From NCBI RefSeq assembly GCF_009914755.1, contig NC_060927.1: a stretch of 64,000 nucleotides of DNA; one strand, 5' to 3'. This document shows, one piece after another, positions 27,142 to 41,320 of this stretch. How positions within the stretch are numbered: position 1 is the first letter of the stretch; every line of letters begins with the position of its first letter. Origin of the DNA: the human T2T-CHM13v2.0 reference genome, Homo sapiens. Position numbers and translations under genes: made by a program. The notes beneath the pieces are model-generated. The model did not search any database and was not told the DNA's origin. It saw only the letters and a list, made by a program, of their open reading frames with translations.

Positions 27142-27930
27142 CTAATCATCATTGTAAAATTAAGACTATAGTAATCAGTGCATTTTGAGCCCTCAGTTGT
27201 TCAAGTACTATCACAGAAGATCGATATCAACTTTTGTTTCAGCTCCAGATTAAAAGGTGAGCCTATTAGAGTGTTTATGTGTAGCAGACCCTACACTTAT
27301 TCAAAGAATCATTTGCTTAGATCTAAGAGAAATCTCATCCCTTTTACTTTTAATATCATGGTCCTTGTGAAAGACCAGACAAAAAGTCAACCCAGTTAGT
27401 TCCTTAAAAGAGGAAAAGTAGAGGGAATTCGCATGAGCAACACCTCAGTACTTAACAGTCATTCAAGGACTTATGCATCAACAGTACTTGGCATTTCATG
27501 TAATCCTTCCAATGTTCTTATCAGTTCTGTGTGTTCTTACCATTGAAATATAGATGTGCACACCATTGAAAAGTTTAAATCATTAATTTAGTATTAAGTT
27601 AACAAGAACATAGATGCTACACCTAAACTTATCCAAGATATTAATCCATTGTGCCTTAGTACTTTATTGACTCAATTTATAAAAATATTGTATGTGTTCA
27701 GTAAAAATATAACTACATTTAAGACATAAGTTTGATTTTATGACTTAGGTTTCTGTAAGAAGCAGCATACTTTTAACTCAGGCTTATGAATATAATATCA
27801 CTTCATCTCCTTACAAAGTAATTAGAATAAAGGCAGCATATATTTTGTATGAACTAAAAAGAAGTACAAAATATTGGTCCCCAAAATTAAAATGTAAGTT
27901 CTTAACTACACATTTCTATGCTATATTACT

Positions 27931-28985
27931 TGTATTAGTTTCCCATTATGGTAATAACCAAGTTCCTCAAATTTAGTGGCTTAAACCAACATACCTTTTT
28001 CTGTTAGAGATCTGAAGTTTAGAAGTCCTAAAATCAAGGTGGCAGCAGGGCTGTACCTTTCTAGAAGCTCTAGGGGAGAATCTGTTTACTTGCCTTTTTT
28101 TTAGCTTCTAGAGGCCACTTGCACTCTAGCTCACGGTCCTGTTGGAGCTCAGGGGAAGCTGCCCTCTTGCCCTTGGATGGTTTGCTGAAAAATGAAGCCA
28201 CAATAAGGCATGTTAATAAGAAGAAAGCATAAAATTTATTTACCCATATGCATGTGGAGAATCACAGAGTGATTACCTAATTACCCAATCAAACCCAAAC
28301 ACTTATATAACCTCCTTTCAGAAGAGCGGGGGTAGATGGGAAATATAGGTAATTCCTTTGACGGACATTACATGATTACTAGGGAAAAGTAAATGGATCC
28401 TTGGGAAAACGAATAGATGGACTTGTAAATGATTTGGAAGTTGAATGAACTTCAGAGACAGGCACTATTTTGTAGAAAGGCTGTGCCAGTTCTGAATACA
28501 TTCTTTCACTCCTGTCTTGAAATAGATAATGAGATAACAGGGAAGGGAAGGAAAAACAATTTTTTTTTTGGTGGATCCATCCTATTTTTATGAAGATGGG
28601 GAAAAGTCTCTTCTAACGCATATTGATTTCTAAGGGATTTTAATTCAAAGTATTCATTACTTCCAGGGAATCATATTTTGGGGTGAAATTCTCTGTGTTT
28701 TTTTAGTGCCATCCTTCATTTTTATAGCCAGCAGTATAGCATCTTCCAATTTTCCTTTCTTTCTGGGCTCTGTCCTCAAAACATCTTTTCAGATTCTGAC
28801 CCTCCAGCTTCTCTTGTGTAAAGACACTTGTTATACATTGGCCCACCCACATAATCCAGGACAATATCTCCCTCTCAAAATCCTGAATCACCTTACATTT
28901 GCAAAGTCCTATTTCCAATGTAAGGTAATATTCTCAGGTCCTAGCAACTAGGACACGAACATCTTTGGGGTTATTATTTTAATCA
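27931..28985 (-). mobile_element. MLT1C-like LTR interrupted by MER34-type LTR
   Basis: tgtattagtttcc...agaagtcctaaatcaaggtg...; resumes at 28706 with ggcccacccacataatccagg. Confidence 0.85.
28140..28705 (-). mobile_element. MER34/MER39-group LTR (ERV1)
   Basis: Begins tgttgg; ends ...catattttggggtgaaattctctg. Confidence 0.7.
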
Positions 28986-29420
28986 GTTGCTCCACCCTTT
29001 AAACTCTTTTCTGGTTGATATATCCATAAAATTAAGTGACATTCGGGTGAAGTGTCATCACCCATCACTATCCCTATCTGATATAAAACAATGATACTTA
29101 AGTGAAGTGTTATAGGAATACAAATTTGCACTATGAAGTTAATATTAGAAGATAAACATCCTCTAAATATTATCTTATGGAGGTAAGATGACTTTTGTGT
29201 GAGGACTATACCATCTTTTATTCTTGGAGTAATTTACTATTCAGAATGTGGTCAGTTTTGGCACGTTGTCAGAACTGCAACTGTGTAAGGAATAAAGAAT
29301 AAGACCTATCTCAGAAGGTTGTTGCAATTATTAAATAAATTATTATTTTGGCATATAGACTTGCTATGTATTTACTGCAGTTGTTAATATTAGATCCATG
29401 TGAACTATCAAAAATTGTAT

Positions 29421-30603
29421 TATAATTGTCCAACAGGTTCTTCTTGCCCACTGCATGGATAGGGCAAATTCACTGAGACAGCGGTATTACAGTAGAGAAA
29501 GAGTTTAATAATTGCAGGCCCAGTGAAGCAGAAGGACTGGATTTATTATTACTCAGATCAGCATCTCTGAAAGCTCAGAGGCTAAGGTTTTTCCAGGATA
29601 GTTTGGTAGGCAGGGGGCTAGGGAATGGGAAATGCTGATAGGTTGGGGCAGGGATGAAATCATAGGGGTCAAAGCTGTCTTCTTACATGAAGTCACTTCT
29701 TGGGTGGGAGCTCCAGGACTGGTTGAATTAGTTCCTTGGTATGAGTCACAGATCCTGGTGGAGTCAGCTGGCCTGCCCAAATGCAAGAGTCTGAAAAATA
29801 CCTCAAAGACTAATCTTAGGTTTTCACAATAATGATGTTACCTATAGGAGCAATTGGGAAGGTTACAAATCTTGTAACCTCTGGCACAATGGCTGGTTAT
29901 TGTTTAACTGTACCTACATCCTAATAGAGTTCAGGCCCCTCCCATAATCCTAGTCTTGTGGCCTTTTATTACTTTTACAAAGGTGGTTTTGGTCCCTGAA
30001 CAAGGAGGGAGTAGTTTGGGGAAGGGCTATTTTTATCCTTGTTTTAAAGTTAAACTATAAACTAAATTTCTCCCAAAGATAGCTTGGCCTATGTCGAGGA
30101 ATGACCAAGGACAGCTTGGAGTTGAGAAGCAAGATGGAGTCAGCTATGTCAGATTTCTCTTTGATATAGTTTGAATATATATCTCCGCCAAATCTAATGT
30201 TGAAATGTAATCCCCAGTGTTCGAGATTAGGCCTGGTAGGAGAGGTGTTTGGGTCATGGGAACAGATCCCGTATGGCCTGGTGCTGTCCTCGTGATATAG
30301 AGTGAGTACTCATGAGATCTGGTTGTTTAAAAGTAGGTGGCTCCTCCCCAACTAAGTCTCTCTCTAGCTTCTCCTTCCACCATATGGTGTGCCTGCTCCA
30401 ACTTTGCCTTCTACCACGAGTAAAAACTCCCTAATGCTCACCCAGAAGCCAAGCAGATGCCAGTGCCATGCTTGTACAGCTTGAAGAAGCATGAGCCAGT
30501 GAAAACTCTTTTCTTTACAAATTACCCGGTCTCAGGTATTTCTTTATAGCAATGCAAGAATGGCCTAATACATTTATTGTCATAATTTTGCAAACGTAGC
30601 TTC
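29421..30603 (-). mobile_element. LTR8A/B (ERV1) interrupted by MSTB
   Basis: cagtagagaaagagtttaat...ggcagggggctagggaatggg...agcaagatggagtcagctatgtcagatttctct // attgtcataattttgcaaa. Confidence 0.85.
30162..30572 (+). mobile_element. MSTB-like solo LTR
   Basis: tgatatagtttg...gaagccaagcagatgccagtgccatgcttgtacag...ctaataca. Confidence 0.9.
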
Positions 30604-30672
30604 CCTGTTGGCTACATCAAATTGAGGGTTTGCTAGGATAGAAAAGTGGAAAATATCAATTAAACAACTCAG

Positions 30673-30957
30673 AGCCGGGTGCAGTGGCTCACGCCTGTAA
30701 TCCCAGCTACTCAGGAGGCTGAGGCGTGCAGATCACCTAAGGTCGAGAGTTCAAGACCAGCCTGGCCAACATGGTGACACCCCATCTCTACTAAAAACAG
30801 AAAAATTAGCCAGGTGTGGTGGCTCACGCCTGTAATCCCAGCTACTCAGGAGGCCGGGCGGGAGAACACTTGAACTCAGGAGGCAGAGGCTGCAGTAAGC
30901 CAAGATCTCGCCACTGCACTCCAGCCTGAGTGACAGAGTGAGACTCTATCTCAAAAA
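30673..30957 (+). mobile_element. AluS with atypical arms
   Basis: Full dimer; TSD aaacaactcaga/aaagaactcaaa. Confidence 0.93.
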
Positions 30958-31546
30958 GAACTCAAAAAGATTGTGTTAGGTACTTACAGACTAGAAGATT
31001 ATGTTAATGAATCTTTTATTCATTCAACATATAATTATTGCCCACTGAGTATGTAACACGTTTTCTGTTATGTTTAGAAATAATTATGAGCAACTCAGAA
31101 TGATCTCCACCCTCAGAGAGTGTACAGTCTACCTCAGTATGTAGATGATTAATAGACAAACAATAAGTGTTGAATGTTGCACAAACTGTCCTTTATTTGA
31201 TCCTTAGAGTTATATAGCATATTTAAACATTTTGAAGTTTGAAAATGCATACAAATTAGAGAGACATCCAATAAGGTAGGACTTGGGTTAATGTTTACTT
31301 TCCTCAAGCACGAGAATAGTATGTGAGAATTAAGAATTAATTGTTAAAACACATCTTTATATTTCTTTATGAGACAACTCTTGAAGCAAAAGTGAAAGCT
31401 GGCTCAAACACAGTTCAATTACACAGACGTATACACACACTTATAGTCACACACACACACAAAACCACCACTGTCCAGGAACTAAACAATAATTGTACTC
31501 TTCTAGATATGTAAAATCAAGCGAGGAACAGTTAAGAATAGGTTAT

Positions 31547-32151
<605 letters not shown>

Positions 32152-32161
32152 GAAAATTCTG

Positions 32162-32250
32162 TATTCTATTATATATTATATAATAGAATATTTTATATAT
32201 ATATACTTATATATTATATAATATATAATTATACACACATATATATTTTT
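32162..32250. repeat. AT-rich (TA)n low-complexity tract with 29-bp inverted repeat
   Basis: tattctattatata-t-tatataatagaata. Confidence 0.9.
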
Positions 32251-32565
32251 TAATTTTATTATTATTATTATTTTTTCTGAGACGGAGTTTTGCTCTGTCG
32301 CCCAGGCTGGGGTGCAATGGCGTGATCTGGGGTCACTGCATCACCGCAACCTCCAACTCCCGGATTCAATCGATTCTCCTGCTTCAGCCTCCCGAGTGGC
32401 TGGGATTACAAGCGCACACCACGCCCAGCTAATTCTTGTATTTTTAGTAGAGACAGGGTTTCACCATGTTGGCCAGACTGTTCTTGAACTCCTGACCTCA
32501 GCAGATCCACCTGCCTTGACCTCCCAAAGTGCTGAGATTACAGGCGTAAGCCACCGCGCCCGACC
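32251..32565 (-). mobile_element. AluS
   Basis: (TTA)n tail followed by a full antisense dimer. Confidence 0.94.
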
Positions 32566-34297
32566 TGTAGTACCTATATTTTTTATTTTTCTCCAATCTT
32601 TTAATCTTTTAATCATTCTCCAAAATGTTGCCTTTCTTCTCAATGCTTAGCAGACAATTTGATAAACAAGGATCCTTTTCTAAGTAGACTTCATATAGGA
32701 GAGTTTTCAAAACAGAATAAGAAGGGCATATTATTCCTTGTCAAAATATTTTCTTGTTGAAAATGGAAAGTTTTTGCTAAAAGCTGAAATGCATGGCAGA
32801 TTAATTTATGCCTATTACTTCAGGTAAATAATTTCACCAGGAGTCTTCATAGGTAAAATGAATGTTTATGCTTGATAAAAAAGTAGCAGTTGTTGATTTC
32901 AACAGGTTTAAGAAGCGTAAATGTTGTCCACCTCTTCTTTCCATCCCATGCACATCTTACTTTTACTCTAGTAACTACCACCCATGAATGTCCATCTATT
33001 AAACCCAAGCAGAGAGTAGTTTTTAAAATATTCCTTTCCTGTTTTCTGTTGAACTATTTTATAGACAAGCTATATAAAAAAGAAACACAAGGAACAAAAA
33101 ATGATATCTTATTCTAGTGAAGGAAATCCAAAGTTGGGGTCTAGAATACAAATACACCTGTGTGCAAGCTCCAGTGATGCCAGTTCCTAGTACTGGAGAG
33201 CATTGTGACTCTGAGCAAAAGAGGGAAGACAAACATATGAACAGAAAACCTCGTCTTTTCTCAAACATCCTCAATGACTGTTACATGAAAATGAGGACTA
33301 TCAGGCTCATATCATTTTCAAAGACAATAGGTGATATGCATGTGGAGAACAAATACAAAAGGCATGCATAGAAATCAAAAGTGATTAAAAATAGTCTGAA
33401 TTCTGGAGACAATAGCATGTGTGGACGGACAGATGCTACAGATTTAATGCTGACATATCAGAGATGAAATGTCAGCTTTCTTTATTACCAGTAGCTCTCA
33501 GCTTTTCAGGCAAATCGTTCTTTGTACTCTACGTTCTTTCTCCTTATGGAGTTCCTTCTTGATGCCTCTTCCTACTTCTTCACATCTTTCTACTCCTTGA
33601 GATACCTGCACTCATTGCTTGCACTTCTGTTAGTGATTTTGTTACAGTATTGTGCTGTGTGTTTCCAGGAGTGGAGCCAAAGTGAAGGAAGCCCAGAAAT
33701 GCCTGTCAAGGGAGACTATGAGATGATAACAGCACTCGTCTTTTTCCTTGTGCTTCTTGCAGTTAACACCCACATCTATCTATCCATCTATTTGTGTATC
33801 TCTGTGTCTGTCTGTCTGACTATCGATCTATCCATCACCCATTCATCTACTCATTTATTTTGGCATACAGCTTTTCGATAGAGGCAAACACTGCCTAATG
33901 GAATTGATCTACAACAAGACCATAGCTGGAGTGAAAGAACCAGGACTCAGAAGTTAAAACCAAAGTTAATGTTATTGGAATGTATAGTCTTAAAAACAAT
34001 ATGTTTTTTAAGGACAATTTTAATTCAATTAAGTGTGCAATGAAAACACAGGGGAATGTTTGAAGAATCTTTTATCTTTTACCCAGGTGATGTGCTTTTC
34101 GACAGGATTACATTTAGTCTAAGAGGTAGAAAAACGTCACCAACGACACCTTAAAGGCTTACCCCAACCACCAGAAAAATATTTGTACTATTTCCTTCTT
34201 AAACTTTGCACAACTTTTTATGTAGATATTAAGTGTTCAAGGGGATCCCTGCACATGGATGAAGTCATGTTTGCATACACTCAGTGTAAATATGTGT

Positions 34298-34322
34298 ACA
34301 CACACACACACACACACACACA
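34298..34322. repeat. (CA)n microsatellite
   Basis: Seen directly. Confidence 0.95.
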
Positions 34323-37300
34323 GCAGGGGAAATATTTCTCAAATGACTACACTTAGGTTACTTTCCATCTCTATTTATTTTCTTCTGTGGAATAATGCAG
34401 ACTAGAACTAACATAAATTGAATGCTCATGAGACCACACATCTTCACATGGTATAGAGTGTGTTATCGCAGCAATTTTATAATGGCTCATTAACCCCTGT
34501 GAGAGGCCAGTAATATGGGATAGCAACGGATTTCTATCAACTCCATGAGGGAGATAAGTAAGGTGGCATCTTATGTAGATTTCTAAATCCTCTACTTTGA
34601 AATCAGCTCAATGGCATATTTTAAACTCAAAATAGAATGTCTTCTGGTTCCTAATGGTTGATTTAATGGTGGATTTGACCATATGTGTATCAGATGTAAA
34701 AAGTATTGTCCACTAAGTGGAGTAAAAAATGATCTTTTACAGAAGGAAAAAAAAACTGATTTAAATCTTTAGATTCTCATGGGATCTCATTAAGGTTCTC
34801 TTTCTTTAATACATTGTGCAGCCTAATAGTTATCAGCAGCCCTGCGGTGTGCATTGCTGATAGGTTAGTTTACACAGGATTAATTGTGTAATTTTGCAAG
34901 CAACCAGCACAGTGAACACTGATTTTTGCATTAGCCCCATGTGTTGTTTCCAAGGGGACTCTGCTTTCTATTTTAAGGTGGTGTTACATTTCACTTCTTA
35001 TTAATTATAATTTCTGCTAGCATGTTTTATGCCCAATATGATTTATTAAAAATCCTTCATAATGTTTTTTTCCTAATTGTTATGTCCTTCGGTAACTTCA
35101 TTAATTTTGAGCACTGATGTGTAAAAAATGGCAGGAGAAAATGGCATTCACAGAAGGTTCTCTGACCAGCCAGTTTCCCCATGCCCCCGTTGATAAGTTG
35201 CCACAAATCTTTTGCTAAAATACAGACACAAATTCAGTTGCAGCCACTCCAGGTATGCGAAGTGAATAATCAGTGCAGGCAACAACCTGACAATACTACA
35301 TTCCTCAAACCAAAAGAATGCGAATGTTCAAAGAAGTGTTGGCTAAGCAGAACTCAGTCCATTTTCCACAATACGTAGCTTAGTATTTTCCAGAAATACT
35401 TGTGTATTCGGAAGAATTAGAGGAAGGAAACTTTTGTTTGAATTTTCCACATAATAGCTTAGTTCAATACTCAGCTACTACATTTTATCGACTCTTGGTG
35501 GGATTATGAAATGCCTATTGAGGTTTCAGTGGAATCTTTATAGCTGGACTTGATATTCTTTTACATGGTTTTGAAAAAACAAAACAAAACAAAATGTTGA
35601 CTGTGCACAGTTTAGAACTTAATCTTTAAATTCTTTTTGCCTTGAACTTGAAAATCAATTATCTGTCTGTGCCCCACCACCTCTTCCCTCATCTCAGCCT
35701 TCACGAGATAAAATTTCTCTCCCTCCGGAGCACATGGTCTCTCAAAGGGGAAGAGTCACATCTCCTTGTCTGTGCAGCTGTTGCTTCGTTTTGTTTAGGG
35801 TGGATCTTCTCTCCTTATCCCCGTGAGTTTCTATAGTATTATAAAGGCCCAATAAGGTTCTGTACAAAGTGGGTACTTAAAATGTGTCCTGAGTGACAAA
35901 CTGGCCCCCACTGGAAGAACTCTTTAAAACACTCTGTTACCAGAGCTTCAAAAAGGGCTTGTTTCTGAAGGATCAAAGGATCTCTTGTATAATAAATTCT
36001 GAGCATTCAGTACATAATGAAGAGAAGAAAACATGTCTTTTAAGCTCCTATATGATGCCTGGATTATGTGAAGAGATGAAGGAAGTGGTGACTCTTTCTG
36101 GCTTTTGTGTCATTCACATTAAACAGGAATAGATGAAAGCAAAGGCTTAACACTGACAAAATCCCAAGTAGGCAGGCTCTGCATCCACAGCCTGTTCACA
36201 CATTCATAACAAACCACCAGCTGATGACTTGAAAAAAATATGATTTTCTTTCTAGTGAAAGACTGACTTTGTTTTGTGTTTTGTGCCTTTTTTAAACATC
36301 TACCTTCAGAAAGTATAAACCTTTTTTTTTTTTGACAGAGTGATTGGGTTACAATATTGTTACAGAAGGACTAGAATTAGAATCACAATACTTGGGTGCC
36401 ACACTTGACCTTTGTCACTTGTTATGTATGACACTAAGGAAGTAATTTAGTCTGTAAATTAATTTTATTTTTCATCATTTATAAATAAACCTAGTAAAAT
36501 GAACATGAATAGTTGTTTCAAGGGTTTAATTTAAAAATCATTTTTGTATTGTGGTAAAATGTAGACTCTTATATTCTTATAGGCAGATTGCAATAAAACT
36601 CTACTAAGCAATTACACTAGATTTTATTTCTCTAAATTAAGGCTGAACAATCTCTTTTTTCAGTTCCACTTTGTCTGAGTAGTTTGAATGGCCCAGATCA
36701 GAGATGATTTTTGAGACTGTTGTTATTGTGTTTGATAGATTGTGCTCATGAAGGCACGTGCATATTTATGGAGAAAGAATCCTTAGCTTTCCCCAGATGC
36801 TCACATGTGTTTGTGATCCTAATGGGGTTAAGAACCCTTAACCTGATAATCTCAACCAATTTTCCTTTCACATTAAGTGGGAGTCCTACTATTTTAGTAT
36901 TAAGTACCAGAAGGGTGAATTTTATATGTTACTTTATATTTACTATCGGTTTTGTCTAACAGGAATTTTGTGCAGTAAAATATCTACCTTTCAAATTCCC
37001 TGGGAGGAGAAAGACAATGCATACTGGAGATATGAACACTTTTCCACAATACTTATAAAAAATAAAAATAATTACCTTGGTGATTTCCCATAATTAAGGC
37101 AGATTTTTTTCCTTCCTCCTTCCTCTCCTCTCTTTTTTACGTTAACACCACCACCCTCATCATTACCACTGCCACTTTTCTCTCTTCCCCTTGAACAGAG
37201 TAGATAATTGCATATGTACAATTTCCTAGAGAACTGAAGCAGGCTTAGCCCATAGTTGAACTAAGTTTCAAAGTTTGCAAAGTAAGACTGGATTAACTAT

Positions 37301-37392
37301 ATTTTCTGCTAAGTGTTGGTTTTAATAAAAAAAGAAGTTTATATTCATTGAAATTTTCAGTTGGGAGTACATGTTTTAAAACCTTATTTCTT

Positions 37393-37695
37393 CCTTTTTT
37401 TTTTTTTTTTTTTTGAGATGGAGTCTCATTCTGTCACCCAGGCTGGAGTGCAGTGGCACAATCCTGGTTTATTGCAACTTCTGCCTCCTGGTTCAAGCAA
37501 TTCTCCTGCCTCAGCCTCCTGAGTAGCTGGGATTACAGGTGCCTGCCACCATGCCTGGCTAATTTTTGTATTTTTAGTAGAGACGGGGTTTCACCATGTT
37601 GGCTAGGCTGGTCTCAAACTCCTGACCTCTGGTGATCCACCCTCCTTGGCCTCTCAAAGTGCTGGGATTACAGGCATGAACTACCACACCCAGCC
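37393..37695 (-). mobile_element. AluSx-like
   Basis: Full antisense Alu; direct repeat accttatttctt at 37381 and 37699. Confidence 0.95.
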
Positions 37696-38479
37696 TAGAC
37701 CTTATTTCTTAATCTCTGAATGTGTTTGGTGTGACACTCAACTATACTTTCAGCTTACCTAGCCCAATATAAATTTTATTTTAATGAATGGTTTCCAACA
37801 TTTTGACTCTCCTCATGTTAAAAAATCTCTGGATTTCCTTATATTTGATTTCTGTACTTATCAGTATTTGGCAGGAAGACAAGTCATGGCAACAACTGAT
37901 GGCTGACGAGACGTTATGCTTGGAATTCGTATATTCATCTCCTTAACTGAGAAGGTTTTGGTGTCTACCATTACTGACCTCACTGTGAGGAGGCACCGGA
38001 GAATCATGATCTCATTCTGTGTATTGGCATGTCATTACACATTATTAATTTGGTCTTTTGAGTGACACAACTGTTTTTGTATATCGGTGTGTTTGTGCAC
38101 TGTCCCTGGAGCTCTTTGTACTAAGTTATTTTTATTTCATTTTCATTAACAATATTTTGGGAATTGTCATTGAATTTGTACCTTTTCTACCTTGCACTTT
38201 ACAATAATTAGCATATTATTATAGTAAATTAGAAGTTTAATAATTAAGGTAACATTTAGATCCTGTCAATAACTATAGCCTACTTTATTTTTTGAACGTT
38301 TTACTATGCCCCTTTGTAACAGTTTTAGGTTTTTTAAAGAGTCATTAGAGTCACTTATTTATGCTCTGCTGATTAGCTATTTATTTTCACAGTTTTACAA
38401 GTTAGATGTTCGTACTTAGATATTTTTTACAGATCGAAGTTTCTATTTGCTCATGAGTAGCTATAAAATAATAATTATC

Positions 38480-38700
38480 ATTAGGTTAGATATTTTCTGT
38501 GTTACAGTTTGCCATTTATATATTCTCATTGCCACCCTGTGAGTGAAATGAATCAGAGGTTGTTAGCTCCAGTTAAAAAAAAAATGAAGAAAGAGACCTT
38601 CAGAGAGGTTGGCTAAATGGCTTGCTAGTAAGTGCCTGAGATGGTGCTGTTCTGTTCATTTAACTTTACATTTTAGTCTAGAATTTTCTCTGTTACTCCA
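38480..38700 (-). mobile_element. MIR SINE
   Basis: accctgtgag...atgaagaaagagaccttcagagaggtt. Confidence 0.6.
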
Positions 38701-38909
38701 CTTCCTTTTCTACTCAAAGACCTTTTTATAAAAGAAACCAGGGAGCACTTAAAATTTGTTCTCTAAGTTTAGAGCTGGACTCAAACCATTACTGGCAAAA
38801 TCAATCTGGTCCTTTCTTTCCTCCTTTTTTTTTTTTCTTTCTCTCATAATGAATCAAGACATCCAGCATCCTTGAAACCTTAAAGGTATCTGAGGATACA
38901 AAGATACCA

Positions 38910-39240
38910 AACTGGAGTTATCTTCCTGACACATAAATCTGATCTTGTCATTTCTTACTACAAATCCACGATGGTCTTTTACAAGATAAAGTTTAATTAT
39001 CTGAGCATGACACCTAGGGCTCTTCACATTCTGTGCGATCCAACTTTTCAGCCTCGTCTCTTTTTATTATCTATTGCTTGCCCTTATACACCTCATCTTC
39101 AGCCTCCAAAATTTCATGTATCTTCTTGACTGTGCCCTGCTCTTTTAGGTTTCTGAGTTGCCTCTCTTGCTTTTCTATACCAGCCCCCAACCCCAACAGG
39201 AATGCCATTCTTTCATTTGTAGCTTGCTAAACTGGGTCAC
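38910..39240 (+). mobile_element. L2 fragment
   Basis: atcttcctgacacataaatctgatcttgtca...agcatgacacctagggctcttcac. Confidence 0.7.
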
Positions 39241-39289
39241 TTACCTAACCAAATAACTATGTGGCTTTGGAGAAAATACTGTTTTTATT

Positions 39290-40110
39290 TCTTAGCTTGT
39301 TTATTTTGATGTAAAAAAATGTAACGCATGATCATTAAAAATATATCTATTACATTAAGTCATCTTCAATTTCTGCTTACCACTTTCTTCCCATAAACAA
39401 TGGTAGCAAGTTGATGTTTTTCTTTCTAATGTTATTTCTCATGTAGACATTGATACATAGTATTTTTCATAAGAGCAAAATTAAGCTCACATTCTATAAA
39501 AAATTTTGTAGTGCTTTATTTCACCTAATATTATACAAAGTCTCAGCATTCAATATTCTTTAAAAACACAACTTTTTAAAATTATAAACTTTTCTAATAC
39601 ATAACTATATTCTACATATTTAATTATTTCTCTATTATTGGGCACTTAGGTTGTCACCCAAATTTTATTGTTATAAATTACACTCAGTAAAGATTTTTCC
39701 ATTGGTAGTTGGTGATATATTAATATGTTTAATCCAAACTTAGTTAGATTTCTAGATCTGGGCATACTGGCCAAATGAACATAAAAATCTATGTTAGAAT
39801 ATTTAAAGAAGTCAAAATGCTCATAATATTATGTAGAGATAAATAGCATATCATTTTTACGTATGTAATGTATTCATACACATATCTGTATGTGTGTATA
39901 TGAGTGTAGCTATAGCACTGGGTGAATATTAATATATCAATTGAGGAAGGAAATACACTAAAATATTATTTTACAGATGATGTCCATTTTATTAGGTATA
40001 TGTGTGTGTGTGTATATATATATATATGTATATATGTATGTATGTATACATATATATTTGTATTTTACCAAATATCTAGAGTGAGAATTTGTTACTTTTA
40101 GAATAAAACA
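39290..40110. mobile_element. Degenerate L1ME/L1MC fragments with embedded (TG/TA)n
   Basis: tctattattgggcacttaggttgt... and L1M-type 3' ends; boundaries uncertain. Confidence 0.5.
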
Positions 40111-40800
40111 AAACTCCCACAATTATCCACCTTAACCAATTGCTGTCTCCTACAAATCCTTTCCAACCAGACTTCATGGGTAGAAAGCGAGTTTCTGCTG
40201 GTGAAAGGGTGAAACTACTTGAAAATTATTTATTGTCTCCCAAGGTTCACTGCAGCATGAGACGTTACGTAGTTATCAAGACTAAAATACAAAGACAGCC
40301 CTGAAAATAGCTGGGGAGTGTGAAAATTAGTAATATTTAAAGTACTGAAAATTAGTGATATTTAAAGGAAAACAGAAAGTTTAGCTCTTGGTTTGCTTTG
40401 GGAGAGGACGGGACTCTGAAGCCCCCATGCTGGTGAGGCACGGATCTTGGAGGGTGGTCAGAGGTTGAAAGCCACTTGAGCAAATACTCAGTCCAAAGCA
40501 GCAGGTGCAATGGCTCAAGCAGGAAACAGAGTAATATCCTGAGATTGGCTATGTTTAGACAAGTTCCTATTTTGGGGACACAGGGCTCCCCATTCATGGG
40601 TGTGCCTTGAGTGCAGTGCCAGACACAGAATAGTCAAGTAATATGTTCTTGGATGAATAAACAAAGACCCTTTGTACAATGCTCTGGGACAGAAATGCTT
40701 CATAATAGTGATGTTAACATCTTTTCACACCTAAATAAGCCTAAAAGACTTCCAGGCAGTTTTCACATGTATTTCAGTGTGACTTAATGATTTATAATTC

Positions 40801-40974
40801 TTTTTTTATTACTATTATTATTATTATTATTTGTAATTATACTTTAAGTTTTAGGGTACATGTGCACATTGTGCAGGTTAGTTACATATGTATACATGTG
40901 CCATGCTGGTGCGCTCACCCACTAACTCGTCATCTAGCATTAGGTATATCTCCCAATGCTATCCCTCCCCCCTC
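40801..40974 (-). mobile_element. Very short young L1 (L1PA2-like) 3' end
   Basis: gcacattgtgcaggttagttac, gctggtgcgct, ccactaactcgtcatctagc; (TTA)n-degraded tail. Confidence 0.9.
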
Positions 40975-41104
40975 TTTCTAAACATTATTAAAAATATTTG
41001 TGTCACTAATCTTGCGGCCATAAAGAACAAGAGTTTGCTTTAAAGGTGTACTGATGCTGCGATAACACCTATGGCAATATTTAAGGTTATCAAAATTATA
41101 AAGC

Positions 41105-41320
41105 TCCATCCTGGAGAAATGGTCATGTGACATTAGGCAATATGTAACTTCTTCATGCCTTAGTTTGGTCATTGTTAAATGAAGGACATTAAAAAAAAAG
41201 CAAAACCGTATCTACCTCATGGGTTGTAAGGATAAAATGAGTTAATAAAATGTAAAGCACTTAAGAGAGTGCCTGGCCTGTAGTTAGCCCTGTATAAATG
41301 TATCCCATTATCATTACCAA
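41105..41320 (+). mobile_element. MIR SINE
   Basis: tacctcatgggttgtaaggataaaatgagttaataaaatgtaaagcacttaagagagtgcctgg. Confidence 0.85.
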
